Shown one piece after another: positions 39,366 through 48,272 of a stretch of DNA of 64,000 nucleotides. The position numbers and the translations under genes are program-made. Every line of letters starts with the position of its first letter. The first letter of the stretch is position 1. This DNA is from a virus. A model generated the notes under the pieces. That model did no database searches. It had not been told where the DNA came from and saw nothing but the letters and a program-made list of their open reading frames with translations. The stretch lies in the IMG/VR virus record IMGVR_UViG_3300021425_000005. One strand, written 5' to 3'.

Positions 39366-39941
39366 TTATTTATAAAAGTTTTCACCTACATACCTCATCT
39401 TGTCTGTTAGTTTAACAAACGGACGATACTTCCTGATAATCATTGAGATATCTTTCAGGAAAATATCATCTTCTTCTTTATAGCTGAAATCGAACAATTT
39501 GTCAAGCAAAACTAACGATTCTATCGTAATTTTTTTGCCTAAGTAGAGTCGATATACCAGAGCATGATGCCCCTGTTCAGCTACAAATGGATTAGAGATA
39601 GATTGCTTTTCCATCTCTAATTTTATCAGTTCTACATCTTGGACGAACTGATAATCTCTCCTTGATTTACGAGCCTTCCACTCTTTGTAGATCTCTGATG
39701 ACTGGGTATCAAACATTCCACCCCATTTATCACCTGAGACAAAATTGGCTACAAGCAAATCAATGATTTCTTTCTTCTTATAATCTCGTGCGAGTTTCCG
39801 CATCGCAATAATATCTTTGCGTTTTAAAAATGCCTTTTCGCTTGCTTTCACTGCACCACGTGTTTTCGTGATGTCATATTTTTCTGTGGTAAAGTGAAGT
39901 TTCAAAGCGAGATATAACTTATAAACTTCAAATGGTTCCAT
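39366..39941 (-). CDS. gp59: Helicase loader gp59
   Basis: YKLYLALKLHFTTEKYD, KYRPFV; adjacent to gp32. Confidence 0.85.
   Translation of the reverse strand: MEPFEVYKLYLALKLHFTTEKYDITKTRGAVKASEKAFLKRKDIIAMRKLARDYKKKEIIDLLVANFVSGDKWGGMFDTQSSEIYKEWKARKSRRDYQFVQDVELIKLEMEKQSISNPFVAEQGHHALVYRLYLGKKITIESLVLLDKLFDFSYKEEDDIFLKDISMIIRKYRPFVKLTDKMRYVGENFYK
39367..39374 (-). promoter_or_regulatory. Late promoter TATAAATA upstream of gp32
   Basis: Exact consensus overlapping the gp59 stop. Confidence 0.7.
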
Positions 39942-40237
39942 TAGAACGGCAACTTACCAGACTTCTCACCTTTGATGAGATTTAAATCTTGCGCTTCAGC
40001 TTTAATTTTATCTTTCAAGGATGCTGTCAAAAGTTTTTTAACAGACTCAACTTCAATATTAGACTTAGAACAATATGCGACAATAGTGTCAATGAAACCA
40101 GCACCTGTCCGCGCCGCTTCTTTTTCAATATGTTGTGAGAAATCGGCTGATGATTTAAATTGCTTGGTTACAAGATATTCGTCAGTTACTGTTGATGCAT
40201 CAGTTGTAAAATCATTATCAATCACAACTTTAGGCAT
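39941..40237 (-). CDS. gp33: Late transcription co-activator gp33
   Basis: FSQHIE..IDTIVAYC..LKDKIKAEAQDLNLI..LP. Confidence 0.85.
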   Translation of the reverse strand: MPKVVIDNDFTTDASTVTDEYLVTKQFKSSADFSQHIEKEAARTGAGFIDTIVAYCSKSNIEVESVKKLLTASLKDKIKAEAQDLNLIKGEKSGKLPF

Positions 40238-41060
40238 TATGATTTCTCCTTTTCCATTCCTTAATGTATTGAATAACATCGTGTGTCCTTTTTATATATG
40301 GGTTTTTACAAATAGTGTGCGCTGCTTCTCCTGGTTTATCAAATTCATGAATGAACGGGTGGTCAAAAGCCTCAGCGATTTCCAGAATAGTGTATGGGTA
40401 TGATGACCCAAAGTGTGCTTGTTTTGGTTTCTTTGGTGATGTCAAAAGTTTCATTATACCAGTTGTGACATCTTCAACATGAGTGAAGTCTCTTGATTTT
40501 AAACCAGTTCCAAAAACTTTTAAACTTTCGTCTTTCAAAACCTGATTTTTGAATGCTCTAACAACTGTGCTGTGTTCGCCATAATCTGCTTCTCTTGGTC
40601 CATACACATTATAGAAATACATCATATGAAACTTGATACCCCAGTGTTTTTGGTAGAAGTGCAAAGTTTCTTCGCTCATAGCCTTACCGAAAGTATAAGG
40701 ATTAGAATATGGTTCGCTATAAAGCGCACTAGAAGATTGAGCAAAGAAAAGAGGGCAGTTATATGTTGCTGCCCATTCAGCCACATGAGTTGTTGGGGCA
40801 ATATTATTCAAGATAGCATCAACAGGTTGCTCAAATGATAGACGAACTCTTGGTGTGTTTGCTAAATGAATGATTGCATCGCATGGCGGAGGCATAAAGT
40901 TACAAACATCTTCAAAGATATAATCAACATTAGGCTGATGTGTAACAAACTTACCATTTCGTTGATCGTCAACAACAGTAACCTGATAACCTTGCGTCGC
41001 AAGTTTTTCTACTAAGTGACCACCAATGAAGCCACATCCACCTGTAACAACAATATGCAT
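40230..41060 (-). CDS. NAD-dependent epimerase/dehydratase
   Basis: VTGGCGFIG, YTFGK, YNVYGP, RDFTHV. Confidence 0.88.
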   Translation of the reverse strand: MHIVVTGGCGFIGGHLVEKLATQGYQVTVVDDQRNGKFVTHQPNVDYIFEDVCNFMPPPCDAIIHLANTPRVRLSFEQPVDAILNNIAPTTHVAEWAATYNCPLFFAQSSSALYSEPYSNPYTFGKAMSEETLHFYQKHWGIKFHMMYFYNVYGPREADYGEHSTVVRAFKNQVLKDESLKVFGTGLKSRDFTHVEDVTTGIMKLLTSPKKPKQAHFGSSYPYTILEIAEAFDHPFIHEFDKPGEAAHTICKNPYIKRTHDVIQYIKEWKRRNHNA

Positions 41061-41572
41061 TAGTTCTTCGGCTTATAAAAGATATGGGCATCAATACGAG
41101 CAGTAACATTCATTGTTTCTGCCCAGTGAGGTTTGACATAATCAGCGTGATAGAAAAGCGCACCATCTGTAATATCTAAATCGTTTTTGACAGTCATCTT
41201 GGCGACTTCATATATCTGCTTGTATTTTTTGATATTCTTAATTTCATCAGATTTACCATCGCAATACCAAGAGAACTGACAACGGTTTTTATATGGATAT
41301 ATTTTTCCAGAAAATTTACTACGATAATGTGGACTCTCGTAAACTACCTCGCAAATTGTATTTGGGAAAGCATCCGACTTAACACGATTCATCGTGACAT
41401 CAGCAACGGCGATCCAGCCTGCTGTTGATTCGTTTCTTGCTTCGTGATAGATATTTTGTGTCAAACAAGCGATCTGTGGATCGATTAAAGTTTTACTGCC
41501 ATCATCATTTTCTAATGTTGGGGTTGATGATAGAGATATTAAAACTGCTGTCATCGCATCAATAAATTTCAT
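41060..41572 (-). CDS. Cell wall hydrolase (SleB/Hydrolase_2)
   Basis: CLTQNIYHEARNE, FPNTICEVV, CQFSWYCDG, YHADYVKPHW, HIFY. Confidence 0.9.
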   Translation of the reverse strand: MKFIDAMTAVLISLSSTPTLENDDGSKTLIDPQIACLTQNIYHEARNESTAGWIAVADVTMNRVKSDAFPNTICEVVYESPHYRSKFSGKIYPYKNRCQFSWYCDGKSDEIKNIKKYKQIYEVAKMTVKNDLDITDGALFYHADYVKPHWAETMNVTARIDAHIFYKPKN

Positions 41573-42240
41573 AATATACCTTTCAGATGTGATGCCATTT
41601 TTTTATGGTCTTCAATTCCTGGATGAATTAAATCTCGAGCCGAATAAGTTGTAAACTCATTTGTTAAATTTTCAATAAAAACTAAATTTGTTTTCCTGCA
41701 AACCCAGCGTATAGCGTCTCTTGTCCGCATAGTCATAATCTTAATTTCTCTACCACCAAGAAGATCTTTAGGATCGTATGACAAAAAGTCTTTGCTGGTT
41801 CCTCTTGGTTGCATCTTTGTAATAGAAATATTCTTGCCATTATCACAGAGTATTTCTCTTCTCGAGAGGGTAGAAGGATCTACAACTAATACATGTTTGG
41901 GTTTTATAACATCTATGTATTCTTTTATTGCGCGATAATAAAATTCAAACCCCACTCCTTGCCTGGATAAGTTGTAATATGACCAACCCTTTTCTTTTGA
42001 AACTATGTGGGGAAATGTATCGCTCTCATTAATTCCAACACCGAAAGTAGAACTACACCCTATCCATAACACATCTCTTGGTTCAACTATATTATCTGTT
42101 CTAAACCCCTGTTCATTGATACCATAATTGATAACAGTTTCATCAGTCCAGTTTAAACTCTCTAATATACCAGGATAACGCTCTTTATTCGATCTAAAAT
42201 TTTGTTTATTGTCACTACTGAACCAACGATAATTTTTCAC
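41569..42240 (-). CDS. SGNH/GDSL-like hydrolase
   Basis: INEQGFR, GCSSTFGVG, NLS, RDLIHPG. Confidence 0.65.
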   Translation of the reverse strand: MKNYRWFSSDNKQNFRSNKERYPGILESLNWTDETVINYGINEQGFRTDNIVEPRDVLWIGCSSTFGVGINESDTFPHIVSKEKGWSYYNLSRQGVGFEFYYRAIKEYIDVIKPKHVLVVDPSTLSRREILCDNGKNISITKMQPRGTSKDFLSYDPKDLLGGREIKIMTMRTRDAIRWVCRKTNLVFIENLTNEFTTYSARDLIHPGIEDHKKMASHLKGIL

Positions 42241-42259
42241 ATTAATCCCTCATAATTAG

Positions 42260-42577
42260 TTGGGGACTTCTGTTGCTAGGCGTCCCCTGACCCCGAGTGG
42301 CTATGCTGCGAGAGCAAAACCCTCATCTGCGAAATTATCGTTTGCAGTTACGAGTTTCTTACGGTTTAGACCATTCGGACTAGGTCGCTTGCACACCTGT
42401 TCTCCACTTACCTACTAAGCACCAGTCGATCCTATTTCGCCCCCTTCAAGAACACACTAGAGCCTGCACATAGGGATTTCCTCAGGCGTGTGCGAACCTT
42501 CCCCTAGTGTGTTCATGGTGGAGGCGGTGGGAATCGCACCCACGTCCTGTCTACCATTTAGTTCGCTTCATCGAACA
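42260..42577 (-). ncRNA. ssrA: Circularly permuted two-piece tmRNA (alphaproteobacterial type)
   Basis: Order on the minus strand: acceptor piece ending GGACGTGGGTGCGATTCCCACCGCCTCCACCA (CCA end at 42516), intervening segment 42515-42445, coding piece starting GGGGGCGAAATAGGATCGAC (42444). G3-U acceptor pair. Tag ANDNFADEGFALAA* at 42345-42301. Confidence 0.93.
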
Positions 42578-42581
42578 ATAT

Positions 42582-42612
42582 TATTTATACTATATTAGGA
42601 TAAAAAAGTCAA
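42582..42612 (-). promoter_or_regulatory. Overlapping sigma70 (TTGACT-17-TATAAA) and late (TATAAATA) promoter of ssrA
   Basis: -35 at 42612-42607, 17-bp spacer, TATAAATA at 42589-42582. Confidence 0.75.
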
Positions 42613-43271
42613 GAGTTATTTTCAGATTCCCAGATATCTCTTGCGTTAAGTAGAATGTCAACATAGTTGTCGCGAGTTTCTACAAACACTTGTGGTTCAT
42701 CGCCCTCAACAGCAATCAGTATCGCGCTTCTATTGATAGGGATGCCAGTGCGCTCTTCATACATGATTGCATATCCAGCAGCTTGAGCGAAATAACTCTC
42801 AATCCATTCTTTTTTCTTCGGTTTCTTTGAAGTTTTGAAGTCAATGATACTCAATTTACCATCGAATTCGGCAATACAGTCAACCCTACCAGCTAGTCTG
42901 AGGTGGTCAGAATACAATGCAATTTCTTGACCATGAATGTTATCAATTCGATCTAACAAGGGACGGAAGTTGTTGAACATCTCTTTGTCGAGCAAAGACA
43001 TATTGCTTGTGTCTATTTCTTTATTGTTTAAAATATCTTCACAAAGTAAGTGTATCTTTGTTCCACGAGTGGATGCTTGGCGACTAACCTTATTTGCTTC
43101 TTCCACACCAACTCTTTTTCGCCATTCACGAATAGAATCTCGGGAAAGAACACTCAATACAGTAGTGACAGATGGATATGCTGCTCCAGACTTGGTGAAG
43201 TATCTACGACTTCCGTCTGGAGCAGTCTTATCTTGCGCAAAATCTGCAAGCTGTTTCACATGGGTAAACAT
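42609..43271 (-). CDS. PD-(D/E)xK exonuclease
   Basis: YPSVTTVL, RGTKIH, AGRVDCIAE, IIDFKTS, YFAQ. Confidence 0.85.
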   Translation of the reverse strand: MFTHVKQLADFAQDKTAPDGSRRYFTKSGAAYPSVTTVLSVLSRDSIREWRKRVGVEEANKVSRQASTRGTKIHLLCEDILNNKEIDTSNMSLLDKEMFNNFRPLLDRIDNIHGQEIALYSDHLRLAGRVDCIAEFDGKLSIIDFKTSKKPKKKEWIESYFAQAAGYAIMYEERTGIPINRSAILIAVEGDEPQVFVETRDNYVDILLNARDIWESENNS

Positions 43272-43276
43272 AATAT

Positions 43277-43305
43277 AACATAACCTTAATAGCTACAAAA
43301 GTCAA
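43277..43305 (-). promoter_or_regulatory. Sigma70-type promoter TTGACT-17-TATGTT
   Basis: 17-bp spacer; ATG 5 nt downstream; no SD. Confidence 0.5.
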
Positions 43306-44054
43306 GCGTATTGTTGCTCGTATTTTTCTCTTGCTACTATATATTCCTTGACGAGATCGCTTCTTACGATATCATCAGGAGTAAACTCAAAGATTTTGAA
43401 TGATGGCATCATTTCAGCAATAACCATAAATTTTTGAAGTCCAGATTTATCAGATGCTTTTGTATATAAGTCTGATTGTCGGAAATCCCCAGCAAATATG
43501 ATTTTACTCCGTTGACCGATACGAGTCATAATAGAGTTGAGTTCCATGTCGTTCATATTCTGACATTCATCAACAATAATGATTGCATCGTCAAGCGTAA
43601 TACCTCGAACAAATGAAGTGATCATCCAATCAATCTTCTTTGCTTCTTGTAGGCGTTCAAATGCTTGCTGTTTTTCAGGAAATAATTCTTGGCACATATC
43701 AATATATGGGCGCATAAACACCTCTGTTTTTTCGACTTCGTTTCCTGGCAAGTGACCAATATCGCGGGATGCAACTGCGGAACGACACACTACGACTTTA
43801 TTGAAGTTATTAGATTTTTCGAGGATTTCCTCGATTGCTTTGTAGAGGGCAATGAAAGTTTTTCCAGTTCCTGCTGACCCATGAAGAAGGATCGCGGAAG
43901 AGGAATTATAGGCATCAAAAAATGCCTTTTGGGTGGGCGTTAAAGGATCAAAAACATCTAAGTCGTTGAGCCGTGGGATTAGTCTATTGTTTCCTTTTTT
44001 GCTAGAGGTTTCATCGTCTTGTATTAACTGAAGATTAGTTTTTCTTCGGGACAT
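43302..44054 (-). CDS. phoH: PhoH-like ATPase
   Basis: GSAGTGKT, GHLPG, RGIT, DECQN, TRIG, GDFRQSD, DIVRS. Confidence 0.92.
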   Translation of the reverse strand: MSRRKTNLQLIQDDETSSKKGNNRLIPRLNDLDVFDPLTPTQKAFFDAYNSSSAILLHGSAGTGKTFIALYKAIEEILEKSNNFNKVVVCRSAVASRDIGHLPGNEVEKTEVFMRPYIDMCQELFPEKQQAFERLQEAKKIDWMITSFVRGITLDDAIIIVDECQNMNDMELNSIMTRIGQRSKIIFAGDFRQSDLYTKASDKSGLQKFMVIAEMMPSFKIFEFTPDDIVRSDLVKEYIVAREKYEQQYA

Positions 44055-44087
44055 ATATAGACCTTATCATTAATGGTTGAAGTTAAA

Positions 44088-44390
44088 TTATACAGAACCC
44101 TCCTTAATGGATGGCGTCACTTCAGTCACATTTTGCATGATATAATGAATCATACTCTTCGCATCTGGCGAGAGTAGATGGCTTGAATGAGCTTTCTTCA
44201 TACAACTCAACGCGAAGTATGGATCGATAGCCCTTAATTCTTCTTTTTTGTAAGATTTGTTCTCGTCACCGAATATGTTGAGACAGAAGAGAACCATATC
44301 GATCTCTTCTTCGGTGTAAAGTTTTATAGCCAACCCCAGTGTGGTGGTCTTCTGAAATTGCTTCGGAAATTTTAAAATTTCTGCTGTCAT
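44088..44390 (-). CDS. Hypothetical protein
   Basis: ORF in operon order; MTAEILKFP N-terminus. Confidence 0.55.
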   Translation of the reverse strand: MTAEILKFPKQFQKTTTLGLAIKLYTEEEIDMVLFCLNIFGDENKSYKKEELRAIDPYFALSCMKKAHSSHLLSPDAKSMIHYIMQNVTEVTPSIKEGSV

Positions 44391-44401
44391 TATTTTATTT
44401 A

Positions 44402-45919
44402 TCAATAAAGTTTTTTTGATTTGTAGTTTTCAAGGAACTTTTCTGTCTTTTCTTTCAGCTTTCCCAAACCCCCAAGTTCTTCATATGACGCATTTAAATC
44501 TTCATACTTATACCCGTTACCAGTCCACTCATTAAAATGGAAGGGGGTTTCGCCATGTTTATGTTTGTTTCCTGCATACCAGTCAGCACAAACCTTACTG
44601 GCTGTATATAGATTGAAATGACCCGTATCCCAAGTAAGTCCATATTCGTGGTTGGGTTTCGTTCTAAGATGGTCAGCAAACAATTTAATGTTAGCATCAT
44701 CGACTATAATATCAGATGGTTCGTCTTTCCAGATATCATCAATGTTTACTTCCTTATAACCATATTTTTTATAATCTTTGGACAATAGAGACTTGGTATC
44801 ACTCCTAGAATAATGGTTGATAAAGAGTGGATGGATATCAATACTATTTCTCTGCCAGTTTCTATCGACCCAAGATAGCGTATCATCCAAAGATTCTTGT
44901 GTTTCATAAGGAAGCCCAACAATAAAAGACATATGCCCGTGATAGAATCCAACTTGATCATTGAAGTATTGCTCAATCTCTAAAATTCGATCCTGCATGA
45001 ATTTGGGATCGCCGCCCTTACCAATTGCTTTTGCCGAATCATAATTGAATGATTCGATACCATAGAAGTGAGCATTGAAATTCATTCTCGCTAAATGTTC
45101 AATATCATCACGTTTTTCGTTACACATCAAATCAGCACGAATGTAACCACCAAAGTTTACTTTGAATGGTAGCTTCTCAACAACATCAGCATATTTCTTA
45201 ATTTTCTCTGGGTAATCATTAAAAGTCTCATCTGCAAGATTATAATTAGTGATTCCCCAATTGTCATAGTTACGCTTCAGATTATCTTCAAAATTTTGTG
45301 CGTCAATAGTGTGGTCGTCTCTCACACCAAGAATAGGATACGAACAGAACTTACATCTAAAGATACAACCTCTAGCACATTCTAATGTAAGTAATTCGTT
45401 GGGTTGTATATAATCTGACTCGACATGATCGATACTCAAGTCTTTCATCGGGAAGGCAGGATAATCATGTAATGCGTAGATAACATGTTTACTCTGATTA
45501 CCAAATGGTTTCACAGTGGACTTTATTTCTTTGTCCTGTAAGATACTAAGAATAGCATATTCGCCATAACCAACTACAAAATAATCTGCATGTATAGCAG
45601 CAGTTCCTTCGAATACTTGACTCCCAGTTACAATTTTTAAATTGGGATACTTCTTCTTTATTCTTTTTGATACATTAATAAGATGTGGAAAGGCAATAAA
45701 AAATGTCCCACTAAATCCAATAAACTTGGTGTTTGTTGTAATATTTTTCAGTAAGTAACCATAAATCTCATCTTCGGAGAAGTAAGTGGCAAAATCTAAA
45801 ACATCGATTTCGTAACCGTGCTGTCTAAGAAAAGATGCTATACGATGTGCGCCTGTAGCACGCTTAATTGATTTGCCATGCCAATGATTGCCACTGCTTG
45901 CCAGTAATATACCATCCAT
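44402..45919 (-). CDS. B12-binding radical SAM protein
   Basis: ARGCIFRCKFC, ADETFND, GIESF, FIVGLPYET; N-terminal GAHRIASFLR domain. Confidence 0.85.
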   Translation of the reverse strand: MDGILLASSGNHWHGKSIKRATGAHRIASFLRQHGYEIDVLDFATYFSEDEIYGYLLKNITTNTKFIGFSGTFFIAFPHLINVSKRIKKKYPNLKIVTGSQVFEGTAAIHADYFVVGYGEYAILSILQDKEIKSTVKPFGNQSKHVIYALHDYPAFPMKDLSIDHVESDYIQPNELLTLECARGCIFRCKFCSYPILGVRDDHTIDAQNFEDNLKRNYDNWGITNYNLADETFNDYPEKIKKYADVVEKLPFKVNFGGYIRADLMCNEKRDDIEHLARMNFNAHFYGIESFNYDSAKAIGKGGDPKFMQDRILEIEQYFNDQVGFYHGHMSFIVGLPYETQESLDDTLSWVDRNWQRNSIDIHPLFINHYSRSDTKSLLSKDYKKYGYKEVNIDDIWKDEPSDIIVDDANIKLFADHLRTKPNHEYGLTWDTGHFNLYTASKVCADWYAGNKHKHGETPFHFNEWTGNGYKYEDLNASYEELGGLGKLKEKTEKFLENYKSKKLY

Positions 45920-47352
45920 CAGACAACCTTCACGCCATATCTTTTCTCGAACCGTTTAGCGTCTTGCAGGCTGTTTACCATTGGTTCTCCCTTGATATTC
46001 AGAGAGGTATTTAAGAGCATCGGTGTTCCTGTATGCTTATTATATTGAGTCAACAACCTCCATAATCCAGGATGTTGCTCTTTTGTAACAGTCTGAACTC
46101 GGCTGGTTCCATCTGCATGAACAATTGCTGGATACTGATCAGGGTTTTTTGCTTTCACAATATATTGCATGTATGGACTTTCAAACCCACGCTTCACATC
46201 GAAATACTTATGAACTTCTGATTTAAGAATAACAGGGGCAAATGGTCTAAACTCTTGACGCTTTTTAATTTTATTGACAACATCTTTCATTTCCTGACCA
46301 GTTGGATCGGCGAGCAGACTACGGTTGCCCAATGCTCTTGGACCAAACTCCGCTCGCCCACTCGCCACTCCCACGATCTTGTTTCTCAGTAGCTCGTCCA
46401 GAGCTTTAGCAACAGGATATTTACCCTCAATGTTGTATCCCAGATATGGTGTCGTCCAGTTTAGTTTTTTTCTTTCTGCTGCAGCAATAGCTCCGATAGA
46501 GCTACCAGCATCTCCAGGGTTTGGCATAATCCAAACATTTTCAAAGAAGTCATGTGTATGCCTGTTTGCCAGACAGTTTAATGCACACCCACCCATCAAT
46601 ACAAGATTCTTTTCTCCAGTCAAGCTCCGTGTGAGCTTTAGGAGTTTAATTAACTCTTCTTCATAAACAACCTGTGCAGATGCAGCAAGGTCAAACTCAT
46701 TGGCGTCAGGAAAATGGCGTCTGCAACCTTTATGAAAATTAAAATTATTTTGTATCATATAGCGCATATCCATCGTCCATCTAGGTCGACCATATGCTGA
46801 CATACCCATTAAGATATATTCTTCTTCGTTTGGTTTTAATCCAGCCCTATCAGTTATCGCTGAGTAGAATAGTCCTAGTGATTCGGGATATGACCTGTTA
46901 AAAAGGTTTTTACTGCTAAAGAGACCGTTTGCTTCATTTTTATATAATGATATAGAAGTAGTGGTGAACTCACCAATAGCATCAATAACAAGAACGGCAG
47001 CAGAATCAAATTTAGAAGTTGCAAACCCAGCTGCTGCATGTGACTCATGATGATTTCCATATTTTACTTCTCCGCTTATTCCCCATTTACTTAGATATTT
47101 TTTGGGGTTCATCCATTTTTTGGGTTGTCCCGCATAGAGTTTTCTCAATGCTTTTTTGTATGGATCTTCATACCAATAGATAATATCAGGATGACCAAAT
47201 AATAGTGCTTCATCGATCATTTCCTGATCAAGATGAGCATCATTTTTCACTCTACTATATCGCTCACTATGACTAGCAAACAATATATCATTATCTTTTA
47301 CTACAGCCAAAGAACCGTCATGAGTTCCAGCTGCAACACCCCATTTAATCAT
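45919..47352 (-). CDS. Carbamoyltransferase (NodU/CmcH family)
   Basis: HDGS, ERYSRVKND, HHESHAA, DAIGE, GGCALNC, EFGPRALGNRS, FRPFAP, LNTSLN. Confidence 0.93.
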   Translation of the reverse strand: MIKWGVAAGTHDGSLAVVKDNDILFASHSERYSRVKNDAHLDQEMIDEALLFGHPDIIYWYEDPYKKALRKLYAGQPKKWMNPKKYLSKWGISGEVKYGNHHESHAAAGFATSKFDSAAVLVIDAIGEFTTTSISLYKNEANGLFSSKNLFNRSYPESLGLFYSAITDRAGLKPNEEEYILMGMSAYGRPRWTMDMRYMIQNNFNFHKGCRRHFPDANEFDLAASAQVVYEEELIKLLKLTRSLTGEKNLVLMGGCALNCLANRHTHDFFENVWIMPNPGDAGSSIGAIAAAERKKLNWTTPYLGYNIEGKYPVAKALDELLRNKIVGVASGRAEFGPRALGNRSLLADPTGQEMKDVVNKIKKRQEFRPFAPVILKSEVHKYFDVKRGFESPYMQYIVKAKNPDQYPAIVHADGTSRVQTVTKEQHPGLWRLLTQYNKHTGTPMLLNTSLNIKGEPMVNSLQDAKRFEKRYGVKVV

Positions 47353-47449
47353 AGATGAAAGGATCTTTCTTTCTAAGTTCTTCAATACGTTTCTTCAACG
47401 CTCTTTTTCTTTTCCATTCAGAAAAGATATTCTTAATCCAATTAAACAT
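47345..47449 (-). CDS. 34-aa basic peptide ending KDPFIYD
   Basis: Not in the track. MFNWIKNIFSEWKRKRALKKRIEELRKKDPFIYD; overlaps both neighbours. Confidence 0.6.
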   Translation of the reverse strand: MFNWIKNIFSEWKRKRALKKRIEELRKKDPFIYD

Positions 47450-48272
47450 AATTTCTATTCCTTAATTCTTCTGACATTTTTCTTGCAAATATATTGTGAG
47501 ATTTATTTGTTGGGTGGCAGCAAGGTGTAATATATTCTTTACACGGAAACACATTACCATATTTTTGCCAATATGCACCCCACTTGAGATTCTCAACTTC
47601 TGGAGATCCTTTTTCTTGCATATCAATACACATATGGAGAAAGCTATCATAGTTATCTGGATACCAAAACAAATCCCAATCAACCAAATCAGCAAAGTGT
47701 TTTTTTGTTTCTGGTAGGTTATCTATAAAGTATTTTCTATAAAAGTTACAATCAAATGCTGATACCATAAGAAGTTTAGCGTTATTCAATTTACACCAAT
47801 TCTGAACTTCTAGAATATTTAGAATAGTTTCAACTACAACAAATTGATCAGACCAAACATGTTCAGCATATGCTTTCCACAATGGTTGTGATTTTTCGTT
47901 AGGGTTTGGAAACATTGCATAAAAATGATGTGAAGCAAAGGCTTCATCTTTTTGCGAAAAGTCAAACCTCTCCATACCACTAAAGCAATATACGACAATC
48001 TTTTCAGAAGTTGAATCTAAATCGTTTAAATATAATTCTTTAGCAGCAGAACGATTACCCCTTCCTCGTTGCCCCAAATTAATAGGTTCATAATCTTTTA
48101 GATAACGATTACAAATTTGCCCGACCCAACTACATCTTCTCTCATCTTTATCTATCGGCAATCTATGAAGACCATTAAACACATCATCACCATATTTTTT
48201 GTGAATATCTGGTGTCACACTTCCCTGACCTTGAGTGAAACTATCGCCAATGCCAATTAGATATTTACTCAT
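47442..48272 (-). CDS. SGNH-like hydrolase
   Basis: GDSFTQG, NLGQRGRGN, CCHP. Confidence 0.6.
   Translation of the reverse strand: MSKYLIGIGDSFTQGQGSVTPDIHKKYGDDVFNGLHRLPIDKDERRCSWVGQICNRYLKDYEPINLGQRGRGNRSAAKELYLNDLDSTSEKIVVYCFSGMERFDFSQKDEAFASHHFYAMFPNPNEKSQPLWKAYAEHVWSDQFVVVETILNILEVQNWCKLNNAKLLMVSAFDCNFYRKYFIDNLPETKKHFADLVDWDLFWYPDNYDSFLHMCIDMQEKGSPEVENLKWGAYWQKYGNVFPCKEYITPCCHPTNKSHNIFARKMSEELRNRNYV

Noticed and set aside
42516-42547. Stand-alone tRNA or tRNA fragment/att site
   Set aside because: There is no D or anticodon arm upstream. The T-arm and CCA pair with the GGGGGCG found downstream, which a permuted tmRNA explains. No integrase is present.
42609-43271. Cas4 / CRISPR adaptation gene
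   Set aside because: Lacks the four-Cys cluster pattern; looks like the ordinary T4-like exonuclease; no array nearby
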